A stretch of 63,402 nucleotides of DNA, counting the filler, from Choristocarpus tenellus KU-1152 (Eukaryota; Protista; Phaeophyceae), in assembly GCA_964200185.2 (NCBI GenBank). It is 7 parts of 7 records of this genome, joined end to end, with 100 filler letters (N's around TTAATTAATTAA, not from the genome) between each part and the next. Parts side by side here need not be neighbours in the genome. Positions count along the whole stretch, not along the records: positions 1 to 16,147 come from CAXNAD020000867.1; 6 more parts are not named here. The stretch is one strand, 5' to 3'. This document shows positions 1 to 12,122 of this stretch, piece after piece (position 1 is the stretch's first letter; each line of letters begins with the position of its first letter). A program made the translations under genes and the position numbers. The notes under the pieces were generated by a model. That model was not told the origin of the DNA, made no database searches, and saw only the letters and a program-made list of their open reading frames with translations.

Positions 1-599
1 TGTTCGTTCCATCTCTGCAGGGGGAAGGGGGCTGCACAACTCAGGCGATACCGGTCCACTCCCTGTCCAGACTCCTCAACTCACTACTCCCTCATATGCC
101 ACATTTATAGACTTCCTGCAACCACTCCCATCTCCCCTCAGCACACCACAACCTCTCACGCCATACCCCTGCACCGCCCCCCTGCATCCAGCCCTGCCTA
201 GGCTACCCATCGTCCACCCTCCCATTATAGAGATTGCATACCTCAAGACCTCTCCCCTAGCTACGTGAGGGTGCACCAAAAATGTCCTCGCTTCAACAGA
301 CCTACAAGCAGAGACGTCCTGTCACCCCACAGCGTTAGTGTTGTGTTCAAGAGCCCAGGTGTACAGGTGAGTGGGAAAGGGCCGGTATGGGTAGGAAGCA
401 GTAAGAGAAGTAAGGACTTTTAGAGATGTGAGAGGAGGCCAGAGTGGGCAGAAGGGCGATAGGCAAGAGGTTCAACTAGTGCTCTAGGCGAGGGCCGCTC
501 TTCAGGGTTCAGTTGAAGGTAAAGCTTAGCTATCGTTGATCCACCACAGCTTGGTATGCTCGACAGGTCAGTCTCAAAAACGTTAAGGCTGGAGGGGCC

Positions 600-3330
600 A
601 CCATAAAGTCAACTTCCCCGGGACAGCACCTCAAGTGTTTCCACTACCAAATGTATAACCCACAGAGCCCCCAGAGGAGGACCTTCAAATCCGCATCCCC
701 CTCTCCCTTCTCTTTTCCCCAAGACCTAAACCAAAGAATCAATATTGCCACACACCTCCACAGTTGCGTGGAGCATCAGCATCCTCCTCCTCAGCAGCTG
801 CTGCAAGCTGTTGGACACCACGCCAACTGCATCTAACACACAACCACCATGAAAGCGGCCACTATCATAGAGTACAGGCAAGGCGTGAACAGTGGAGGAG
901 TGGAATTGGGGGAAAGCACTCCAATATATCATATCATAGTCAAGCATCCCAACACGCAACTCTCTTCTGCCTACCATGCGCTGCCTACCCCTAAACCTAT
1001 TTGCAGAGTACACGCTCTACATTCTCGACTCAAGTGTTACGCAAACAGTCCACCTTGTGCTACAAGCACAGCCAGGGTGAGCTGGAGAGAAGGCATGACA
1101 CCATCGGCAGAGCACAGACCTCTTCTTCCACCCCAATGTAAGAGCTAAACGACCATCTCTCTCTCTGTGTAACGTGGGAAGATGCTGCAATATGGTTGGC
1201 CCACCTACATGCATGATACACAAGATATTGTCCTTGCCAGCAACCAACTGGCCCAAATGGAGTCCAATCCTGCCCTCACCCGTGCACGTGCACATACATC
1301 ACAGTTTCTACTCCCCAAACCCCATTCAAAAACATCTACCAGCAAGCGCACACCCATTAAAAAAATCAATGGTCGTTCCTGACATACATTGGAGTTATGC
1401 ACATGGAGGCACATCCTCACAAATCAAGTATTTAGGAGTGAACTCTTTCGTTTGTGGATCCAAATCATTTGTACTCATTTGTATTTCTCAGAGCGGTGTG
1501 GGACAAAAGTTCCAACCACAAGACCAGATGTTGACAAATCAACACACTGTCATTCTACAACTTGTGCTCTCAAGGGAAAATCATTATGGGGAAATCAAAT
1601 CAATGCATTGGTACCAGGGAACCATTTTGCTACCGATACACAAGATGCAACCACTGACCACCAACATACAGAATAATATACAGGTACATGTCCCCAACTC
1701 ACAAAAGCTAAGGGACACTAACATGGCACTCTACAGGCGTCACGTCACCCTCTACCCTACTAGGGCTTCTGCGACGTTTTAGTTTAGGAAGGGGGGTGGC
1801 ATTTCTTGATTCTATCCGCAGAACAACAAGGGAACCAAGTACTGTATGTAGCTGTAGTAGTAATAACCTAAGATTTGTACACGATTGTCCTTTCCTCTAA
1901 AATCACAACATAGATTTGTACACAACTGTCCTTTCCTCTTAAATCATATCGTCAGATTTGCATATAACGATCAGGTAGGGGCAGATCGCCAATACACAAT
2001 CATCTTCTCTCAACAAATAGGGACAAATCATTTGTATATGCTGATAAAACGGTGAGTGATATCTAAAAATATTCTCTACACAGTAACCAGCAAACTTGTA
2101 TGGACAAATCAGGATTTGTACATCATTGCTCAATATTGACTTGTACTCAGTACATCATTTGTGGTACAAGATTCCTCTGTACATCTTCACCACTCCTTCG
2201 ACCTTCACATACAAGTCCTTCTACATACTCTTTTTCTATCCAATTGTGAAGCACAGATGGATTAAATCCTTGTTTGTTCTTCAACGTGTGCAAACGTGCA
2301 CAACACAATTATTTATTTTTATACACTGTACAAACTATCTATCAGGTGTTCAATGCTGGCGGCATAGGGACTACAAACAACACCTTCTAGGGCAGTGCAC
2401 ATGAGGAGTGGAGATACACAGCTCACGAGGGCTGCACCGGGAGACCTCACACACACCAGTGTCCCTCACAACCTGCAGTGCAGTTCCATTGGAGGTGCCT
2501 GCAAGAAACAAATCATGACTGACCGTATTACACAAAGGGGGGAGATGAAGAGGGATGCTAATACTCCTATATTGTAAGAATTACAATGCCCAGTACGACA
2601 TAGTACTGTAAGGATTGCACACCCAGGAAATAGAACCAAGGTGTGGCATATCTAGATTGAACATCTACTTCTGGACACCAGGGGAACAAACACACCGCAT
2701 GGGGAGAGGGGAAGGTTGTACTGAAACTGGCAACAAATAACACACTCTTCACTTCCAGATTTTCTACAGGGGTGTTTCAAGCCATGCTTTACCCTATCTC
2801 TTCCCTCTTCCCTCTTCCCTACCCCCAACCCTCTAGGACCTGATGAGAGTGAACCAGCAACCACATCCCACAAGCCGTGCTCAAGTCATCGCTAGGTGTA
2901 ACCCCCTGCCTCTTCCGTGCATCAGACAAGGCAATACTGGTACAGATGGTGGGGTGGGACATTTTGCCTTTCATTCCTGTACAAATTTAGTCTTATCCAT
3001 CTCTCCCATCTTCAAACAACAGCCAAATAAATTTCCAGCAGCGACAAGTCATTGCACACCAAGAGACACAAGCCACTCCATCCATAAATACACACCGCTA
3101 CCTGGCCATCTCTCCCCCCACCCCACCCTCACTACACACACAAACACATATGCCCCACAGCTCCATATCCTCACCAGGCAACGGTGTGCCAATGGGCTGC
3201 CCAATGGGTTCACCATGCCCATCTCCCACTCCCATCACCTTCCACCTCTCCCCGAACCCCTGCTTCGGCCCTTCAATCAGGGAGGAAATGTGTGGGGAGG
3301 GCAATGCCCCCGCTCCCACTTCCCTGGTGA
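600..3330 (+). mobile_element. Highly degenerate Ty3/Gypsy pol relic (RT, RNase H, integrase), interrupted around 1800-2400
   Basis: Broken-frame peptides occur in Gypsy order. HALPTPKPICRVHALHSRLKCY resembles the RT thumb (P.P.T...R.FLG...YY). HSFYS...SMVVPDIHWSYAHGG resembles RNase H (AFYS...LAVV.A..HWR.YL.G). TSGHQGNKHT...DFLQGCFKPC resembles the integrase HHCC region and SSPGNG resembles HPQ.NG. Many stops and frameshifts; boundaries approximate. Confidence 0.45.
1871..1962. repeat. Degenerate 41-42 bp tandem repeat
   Basis: AGATTTGTACACRAYTGTCCTTTCCTCT(A/T)AAATCA at 1871 and 1912, with a third partial AGATTTGCA at 1954. Confidence 0.7.
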
Positions 3331-4099
3331 TGTGTAATAATGGGCAATTTTCTACCCTGCCCCTGCAGACAGCCGGCCCATAAACCTGACAGGAAATCCA
3401 TGTTTGGGCAGTCAGTAGTTTGTGAGTGGGGGCTGGGAGTTGGCTGCACTAGAGTCAATCAGTGTGCTCCTATGGGGAGCAGAGGGGTAGAAGAGGGGAA
3501 GGAAGGTGGTGAGAAGGGCAGGCAATGGGAGGGGGGAAGGGCAAGAGAACAAGGCAACTGCACTACTTGTAGAGTGAGGGGTTGGTAGGCAACAGCAGTG
3601 TGAGGAAATAGGACAATCAATTATGCTCTACAACCACAACAGCATGCTCGGTATGGCAAGGTCAACTACTCAAGCTCAGAGAACAGGAGATCTCAAGCCT
3701 GCCATATGTACCCAATCTTACCAGCAATCATCATGAAATGATGCATTTCATATCTCCTGAAAACAGCATTCTCTACAGCAGAGTATCAACCAACAAAAAA
3801 GCTCAAACAATAAGCTGGACTGCCCAACACAACTCAAATATATTCCATATATAGTACATGCATGCTCCCTCCCACACTGTCGAAAATCGTGCGCACTACA
3901 TGTCTGCACTTTTGGGGTCGTATACCATGTGGATCTGTGGGTATGACGGTATTTAGGCCACGGCTCAAACACACTCAGCGTAAACGGAAGCCAATTTCCG
4001 AAAGTCCAGCCCTGATCCTAATCCTCACTCTGATCCTCACCTCAACTACAGGACCTACAATTAACCACCTAAGTTAAATTCTCTCGAGGGCATTCATAG

Positions 4100-5066
4100 G
4101 CACTTGGTATTCCCCTGACACACCTTGGACTTCTCCAGGAGAGAGGGATTTACACAGCCCCTTTCCACAAGGCTGTCCCATAACCCTGGGATGGGTCGCT
4201 CTCCTGGTGTGCCTGCCAGGCATCAACAAAAACAAGACCAGACGGAAGACGGAAGACGGAAGATGAGGGTTCTGGTTCAACAACTCCACTTCCGAGCCAT
4301 TGCACAAGACGAGTCTAGGCCATACACATCACCAGTGTTGGGAAAAGTCAGGCATCGAGTCTTCAGAGGGATCGTGAGTGTATTCTATGCCCACCATACG
4401 TTCCGCGTATCTTCGCATTAGGGGCAGTGTTTCACTTCTTGCACCAAGGATTCGGTGGACGGGAAGATTGAATCGAGCCAGAAACACACGGAGATTGCGG
4501 GATAGTCGATGAGCATGTGGTTTACCCCTTGGCTTCGATACAACTTGTAGGTTCATCAGTGAGGGTACAGGAAATAGGAGTATCGTAACAGTGGAGTTCG
4601 GGTTTGAGTCACAAGGCAAAGAACAGCCTGTGACTGGCATCTCATTATTCTCTCTTCCAATACCAAAAGTACTTTGACCCCGAACCGCAACATTCTCAAG
4701 CCCACTGACATTACCATCACCTCCCTTACCTAGTCCATCTCTTCCTCGACCCTCTGCCAGGGGGGCCACAAAGGCCTCCATGGTAAAAACCATGGAAGTC
4801 AGCCGGGAGAGGCATGCCTCCACCCGGGCCACAGCCGCGGGAAGAGTGCTCCACTCCTTCCCGTCCAGCTTGGCATGGCAAGCTTCCACCCTTTCGAGAA
4901 GCGTGCTGAAGATGGTGCAATCTCCACGGCGGACAGAGATTCGCTCCACCGAGCCATACTCCTCTGGGCCCCCCAGGCCATCCCCTACCACTGGGGATCG
5001 AGAGTACTCGTTCCCATTACCGCTGATCGTTTGAAAGGCAACGTAGAGTTTGGTAGGGCAGCACAA
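4100..5066 (-). mobile_element. Possible retrotransposon gag/ORF1 relic (245-aa ORF)
   Basis: Intronless 245-aa ORF with a coiled-coil-like N-terminal part (LLERVEACHAKLD...ARVEACLSRL) and RLSRNLRVFLARFNL, reminiscent of a Copia gag N-terminus. No decisive motif. Confidence 0.3.
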
Positions 5067-8000
5067 GGATCAGGTCTGCTTGGGGTCTAGGTAGACTTTT
5101 GTTAGACATGAATATGTCAATACACTCTATCTTTTGGGTGTATGTATGTAAGGACGCTTCTGGGCGCTCTAGGGCACCACAGAGAGTACAACAAATACAG
5201 TGTATGTACCATAATGTTCTTGTCGTCCAAATCTACTCTTTGTATGTATATATCATTTGTTACTTCCAACTGTAGTGTAGTAGTAAAACAACCTGTACTC
5301 ATTAGATGTAATTACCATTTACCCTCATTTCTTGGTCAAAAGTCAAAACTTCAGACGGATGATTAATCCCGCTCCAAGAAATATCGCTTACGCCCGACAA
5401 ACTATCAACACTAAAACCAAATCAACAAGAAGAGCACCGTAATCAGTAACGTTCTCTACAACCCCTATAAACACATCACCTTCTTCAATACCAGACAACA
5501 TCTCTTCTCTTCTTGCTTCTGAACAAGATTCTTCAAGAATTGCTTTTCTTCAAACAACAGTATTACCAAGCTTCCTATCTTCAAAATTTGAAAAGGGTCC
5601 AGAATATCCATGATTGACGTTAAATCCTCTATTATTGGTCGTATTCTTATCCTTTCAACCTCTCTTTGTATGCAATAGAGCATAATATTAATATTCTGTC
5701 ATTTGCAATAAATACATGAAATCACAGGTGGTTCTTCTGATAATTACATTATTAGTGTTTTAGTTATTGGATAAGTTGCAAGATGAGTTCATTTGCGTTG
5801 TCGTCCAACCCTACTATTTATATGTATCATCTGTACTCTGAAGTGTGGTAAAGCAGGCTGTACGTAGGCTCCCAAAAACAATAGAGGAAAACTGCTGCCT
5901 GACTTCTTGTGGGGAAGGTACAAATATCAATATTTTACCACCGCAGTACTACACCCGATTGCTTCCCATTTGTAAGTACCTCAAACAAAATATCAAAATA
6001 ACTGTGAGTACAGAGACTACGATGTCCCGCAGTAGTAGTAGTAACGTTGGCTTGTATGTAGCAACTACTTGAGGAAATCTGTTCAAATAGGGAGCGGTGT
6101 CCAATGCAGTATGTCTATACGCACATGCTCATTGCATACTAACTACATGATTGGCCAACCTTGTAACCAAAAGATGTCACTGGGTTGTTTTCTACTGCCT
6201 GGTGATGCACACAAACTATGCACTAGAAGTAAACAGAGGTTGTGTCACACAACATGGTGGTCTCCCACTCGAGTATCTGGTACATAAACATCGGAATAAT
6301 CAGATTCCTGATGACAGGGACCAAAAGCAGGCGGTTGCAAGATCGACGTGTATTGCTGATACCTTGAAGGAGGAGGTAGTAAGTGATGTGTGCGCACACT
6401 TTATGTTTCACGCATTCAGTACCATTTAGTGCGTATATACAAATTTCATGTAGGTGTTTGACTGTACCAAACAGTGTATATCCCTGGATTTTGATTTGTT
6501 ACAAGTATGTTCCTTCCTAACAAAAAAAGAATAGACTCAAAGTGTCTGGGCTCCTTTGAGTCTCACTCCCCAACAGCCACATACTGCTGATCTGATCTGC
6601 AGCGGTAGTGTTGCTTCCCACAAATATCACTAGCCACACCTGATACGGTATTTTACCATGTACATGCAAGTAGCATTATTTCTATATAATTATGCTGCAT
6701 GCTTAAAAACCTACTAAAAATGATAAGTAGAATTAATTACGGTGGTGCAAGAATATCAACATCGCCATACACAGAGCTATTCGGAGGATCAATGGCAATA
6801 TCACATATTATGAGGTTACACACACTTGGTGCAGTTCTACACAGTACATGAGTAGCATATATATGATCTGCCCAGCCTTCTGCACTCCACACACTGCACC
6901 ACGTCACAGATAGGATCCTAGAGTCTGTGTTGTAATCACACTAACACACGGACCTCTCGGGGCGGGTGCAGCGTACAAAAGAGAATGAACTGTGTGCACA
7001 ATCAATAGTAGTCACAACAAAGAATTATTGGCTTGTTGGGGTGGCAACCCTCGCTCCTTACGCCACACAACCACAAATATTTATTGCACCTTGTCTCTCC
7101 ATTTGCCCTCCATACTACATTCCCCCCAACACGCACAAATATTTGAATGAGCAAAAAGGATCTGCTCCAGTTCACTGCAATCGATTCCTCACCAAAATCC
7201 ATTCTCTCTTGTTTTAAAGCAGTTAGCCCTCAGCAAACTTTGTCTTTCCTCCGTCCACTCCTGCGAGGCAGTTTCATTGTTGTATTTGGACCAAAAAGAA
7301 ATTTCGTTTGATCAGGGCATGAAGGTAGAGAGGAAAGAGAAAGGAAGGTGGGCAGGGAGGGAGAGAAAAAGGTATCGGGGGTGAAGTGCAAATGTGGTGC
7401 TGGGACAACCGAGGCCAACAGGAAGAAAATCGATGAACTAATAATAGCACTTTCAACCTACAACAGCAGCACCTGCTACAACACATTCAGTACATATCAT
7501 ACATGCTCTTTGTACATCACGCAGATGTTTACATGGAAATAATTGTATGGTGCATGTACACGTGGTGGGCACCCAAATATAATACTCTCGAGTATATATA
7601 GTATCACAGTGGTACACAGGTCCATGCATGTGCATAGTTTCGACAATCGACGATACTACCGATGACAAGAGGAATGGAGTGGGTGGGTGGAATGCAGTGT
7701 TTGTACGAGCAGCCACCACTGTCGCATTCAATAGGCATGGGAAGGGTACTGTACAGCTAGCTGCACCGTACTGAGTGGAAGTAGTAGAAACGAGAGCAAA
7801 AGAGGCACGCACAGTCGACACAACAATGATAAGGCGAACAAGGTTTCAGCATGAGTCCAAAACGCCCCAAAGTGGGAGGAAACGTAACACAATGACCCCG
7901 TACAGGTAGGGTTCATGAGAGCTCAAAGTCCCCTACATCTCACCCATTGGGGCTCCCCCGTGGTGATTCCGGGGCCCAGGTCCCTCCTCCTCGCCGCAAA

Positions 8001-8164
8001 GTGCAGCTGCTGCAAATGAAGACAGGCGTCGCAGGAGGGATGAACATGTCCGTGTGCCATGCAGGGGAGGTGCAGGGGAGGCAAGGGACACAAGAGACGA
8101 TACTGCTGGAGGAGATACACGCATATATCTGAACTATGCTCGTTAGGTCCCCAACCCATCTCAC

Positions 8165-9780
8165 TTCTAACACAAACGAGGGTAGCCACAAGGAGTACGA
8201 GAAGTTTGCTGGGATGTCTTAGAGACGACCGATCCAATACTTGATAGAGGCACGTACCTCGTCACCCTCCATGGTGAAACCTGTCCCGCGTGTTTTGCCT
8301 CTCGTCGCTCTTCTCGTTCCTTCAGAGCATTGGCTGTCGAATTCTGTTCGAGTTTCAAAGATCGTGGGTCAGACTTGGACCGGCGATGGAAGGGGGTGCT
8401 GATCATGACATACGTAGATATCAGAAATCGCACGTGCTTGAGGCGTCGACTCTTCTCTCGATAGCGCAAAGTACGATATCAGATCCATCTAGGAGATACC
8501 CGTTTCTGGCAAATGTTTGGGGTGCGTTCTGGCACTACCTTAGAGGAGCGGAGGTGATTCCGCCTTTGAGCAGGAATACTTGCACCACATTTAGTTAGAG
8601 GTGCAAGGGGTTCTTGCCGTTGACACGGCGACTGGATCCCTTACACATTCAATCAAGTATGCATCCCTTTGGACAGCGTTGGCCTTAGTCAAATATCCAC
8701 CCAGGGTCAGAGAATGTCAAGTCTCTGGCCTTTAAGGCCTTAGATTGGATATCGTGGGAGAAACTGGTTGATCGTGTTTCAGGGATGAAGAGTCTGGTCA
8801 CAAGATAGGGAGTTACCAAGGAATCCATATGATGAGAGCCACGCTATCAAATTAATCGAGAACTTGCTGAGGATGACAACGGCTTAAGAGCAAGGATCGC
8901 CATACTCACCTTGATTTAGATGTATTCACGCGTGAAGGTTGGCCACATTCCACCCTTCACCACTTTTCTCTGACTGCATGTCCAACCCAACATAAATATT
9001 GGAAGACGTTATTTTTCAGGTTCCCCCTCGCGTTACCAAACTCTCCGCTCGCGCCAGTAGAAAGTCGTGCTTTGAGTTTTGTGTTTGTTTTGATGCCTTT
9101 TTAAGACCTCCTTTCCCATGCCCATATCTTCGTTGTAGAACATCCTCGGCATGCTCCAGGGTATGGTCTACCCCTGTACCATACCTGCTCAGCCTTTTGG
9201 GGTGCATCTGAAACCTGGCCGGACTTCGACTTGGCGCGCGTTGCAGTGGTCGGCATTTCCTAGGACGATAGTCTATTTTCGAAGCAGGAAGGTAAATATC
9301 GCAGTATCAGTTTCCAATAGCATGGAACCAAGGTCTCAGCGCCACAACTCCGGAAGACAGCCCCCGGGTTGCCTATGGATATTTATCGTGTTGCATGTAG
9401 GGAATTGCCGGCTAGAGCTCTAGGGGCGCAATCGTTGCTCCAGGAACCCCCAAACTGCCCAGCGTGCCAAGTTAAACCCCTATACAGAACACAAGTAGCA
9501 CCAAGGACTTACAAGTAGGATGATCTACCAAACTCTCTTCTCCATTCTGATCTCGGATCGCGTCACGTTCTAATGTGTATACTCCAGGTCTCGTGCTAGT
9601 GGTCCATACAGACAGCAACAAACTCCGCAATACAGTCAGTGGGTTAGTGCGAAGCGAGGAGGGAAGGTCCAAGGTAGAGGAAAAAGTCGAGGATAAGACC
9701 CGAGACGGTTTTCCTCGTCTCCGCAAGACTACTTTTCCATAGAGGGCTGAGAGCTATTGGGAGACACATTGGGGTCGCTT
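8165..9780 (-). mobile_element. Decayed RLE-type (CRE-like) non-LTR retrotransposon
   Basis: The minus strand gives RMDLI (frameshifted) followed by ANALKEREERREAKHAGQVSPWRVTRYVPLSSIG. This fits the restriction-like endonuclease pattern RMD...D...A...E..K..HY..GQVS..Y..L..ES.G. An RT-like GAVFRS lies upstream near 9350. The upstream boundary is approximate. Confidence 0.55.
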
Positions 9781-10589
9781 AAGTAGGATCTGGATAAAGT
9801 TGGTCAGTCGTAGATGTGGCAATCACCAGTAAAGGGGGATGAGTTTTGACCAACAAATGCAAAATCCTGAACACCCCCAACCAAGGCACTCGGACAAAAT
9901 ATATCGCGCCTGTTGCACTTGCGTATAAAACGTACAGACTTGTAGCGTCCCTTCTCTCCTTTTTCCTTCAACCCTCACTGCGAATTTGCCTTGTCTGAAT
10001 GCGTTTGCTTCCTTCCTCCATACTGCCTGGTGGGCCTGCCCCCAGCCCCCCCCCATGCAAGAATATCTCATTTTCTTGACATAGGTAGTGCAAAGTCGCG
10101 TGATTGTTGGGATCTTCGGTGCCCCCATCGGTCAGGGGTCGGCATGTGAGGAAGAAATGTGCATGTCGCGATCGAGCACGAAGGCATGTCCCCTATGCGT
10201 TTTCCCCTACAATATCATCTTTCCTCATTCACCCCTATTGCTGCTGTCGCCCGTCACGATTTGGCAAGTGGAAAACATGGCTCACTGAACACCTGAGAAT
10301 AGCCTTGGGCTGGGTGGGCAACTCGCTTGACATGAATAAAACAACGAATGGACCATGCCAAGAGGTGGTCATTTCCTCATCCCCATGGAGAAGTATGTCC
10401 TAAAATTCTCCTTCAAAGTGGGTGACTGCTGGCCTTGGGAGAACCGTGAGAAAAGGCTGAGGTTGGCGAAAGGTCCAGCAAGGAGCTCCCCCATGGGCTC
10501 AAGAATGTGGAGAAAACGTAAATTCGGAGAGTGACCTGAGGTCTTGGGAATGTTGACTGTTGGACCATGAACACGAGGTCGATTTGCAG

Positions 10590-11153
10590 GTTCATGCGCT
10601 CAGTCACGTGGAATGATGGCGCCTTGGAAGTCACTGATGGCCTGTTTTGAGAAGAAGGAGTGCATCAGTGGCTGCCATCCATCAGGGAGATGGGATTATT
10701 TGCAGTATTTGATGGACATGGGGGCTATGCCTGGGGCCACTTTGCTGCAGATGCAATTGCACTGGCAGGTCAGTTTCTTTGATTCATCCACAATGTACCT
10801 GTATATCACAGTATTGGCGAGGACATATCATTGCTTTGCTGATATTGGGGACAATAGCAGAGAAGATGAGGGTGCTGCTCCAATGCCTGTGCTGTCGCCC
10901 CACATTGCTGAGAGATGCCAAGAGGTTCTGGAGTCAGCGATGGTGCAGGCATTGGAAGGCGACTTGTGTGTGACAGAAGCTGCCTTTGAAGTGCAGGAAA
11001 AGACACTACTTGGGGACATGGAGTCCAGCGCTGTGGTCATGCTCGCTTGCAGTTGCTGGGTTGCTGTTGACAATACGGAGGACTCAGGGGCCATGAATTT
11101 TGGTGGCAGGGACACAGGGGATTACAATGTCCCTGATATTGTGTTACACCAAG
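10590..11153 (+). pseudogene. Protein phosphatase 2C (PP2C/PPM) pseudogene fragment
   Basis: GLFAVFDGHGG (10693-10725) is PP2C motif 2 and is followed by a CAG|GTCAGT donor. The next segment, MESSAVVMLACSCWVAVDNTEDSGA, is a decayed GSTAVV....VANTGDSRA. An in-frame TGA lies upstream of DGHGG and the later motifs are absent. Confidence 0.6.
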
Positions 11154-11940
11154 GTAGGGAACGGGAAGAGGAGAGGTATGCCATTGGATGCATATTTTGT
11201 GTGAAGGTTGAATGGCTATTGAATCAAGTCAATCTGCATACCTCCCCAATATGCATATCCACCTCAAGCGCAGATATGTGTTGATGCTTGTTGACTCTTG
11301 TCCATTCTTCCTGTCTCCTTTGTTGTTTTGTATTCATATATCCCTGGGATAATTTACTAGTGTCTGTTGTCCGTGGGGCAATCAATGGGTCTGATGTTAT
11401 GCATATTATAATTTCTCGCGCAATACTGATAAAAGCACCCGGGTGGAGAAGGTATGGGGGGGATACCTTGAGAATGGGCAACTGCATGGTTTGGTGGAAG
11501 CATGCTGTGGTTTTGGTAGGTACCATGATTTGTGGAGGTGGGGGAAGGAGACAAGAGAACAATTCGACTTGCTTGTGTGCATGTTCTCTTTGACAGTTTT
11601 ACTGATACTTGTGTCTACCCATGTACCCGTTGTTGTCCCCCCTTTTTTGTTGTTTGTTGATTGTTCTGTAAGTTATGTTCATAGGAGAGACACGTAACAA
11701 CTTGGAAACAATGTTGGGAAATGTCCTCTTATCAGACTAGCAAATTTGAAGTTATTGAGTGTGAAGCGTAACCTATCCCTGGACTTTGGCATACGCATGC
11801 ATGTGCCTTATTTAGTAGAGCCCATGATTACACCATGCAAGATCATGCCCGAGGAAGCTGTTCTGGGTGGCTCACTGTTAATGTCGATCTTGCTATTTTG
11901 GGGTAATGATCAATATTTAGGTTGATTCGTGAGAAAGGCA

Positions 11941-12122
11941 GACCCAAAGTATCTTGGGGGGGGGGGGGAGGGGTCTTCAGCAGGGTGTCCATTTGGGCCA
12001 AAATCAGCAAAAGTGCATCTACATTACCCATCCGACGTATGCAACCAAATCACCCAAAAAGCGTGACATGAAAAATTGACCTCAGATAGACAGCTGCCAC
12101 CCTCCTCCAGATACTTTGAGCC
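11941..12122. mobile_element. MITE, complete copy (~180 bp)
   Basis: Imperfect TIRs GACCCAAAGTATCTTGG...CCAGATACTTTGAGCC. The internal sequence matches the reverse complement of 41559-41643 and 59467-59570. Confidence 0.75.

Noticed and set aside
5220-5862. ~70-bp direct repeats at ~5220 and ~5798 as LTRs of a mini-element
   Set aside because: Short and diverged, with no TG...CA ends or TSD. Likely a local duplication.
7228-8130. Exon-like minus-strand segments (8127-7942 ending in GTGAGA; EWTEERQSLLR near 7260)
   Set aside because: The splice signals are plausible, but no frame gives a recognisable protein and I could not build a gene model.
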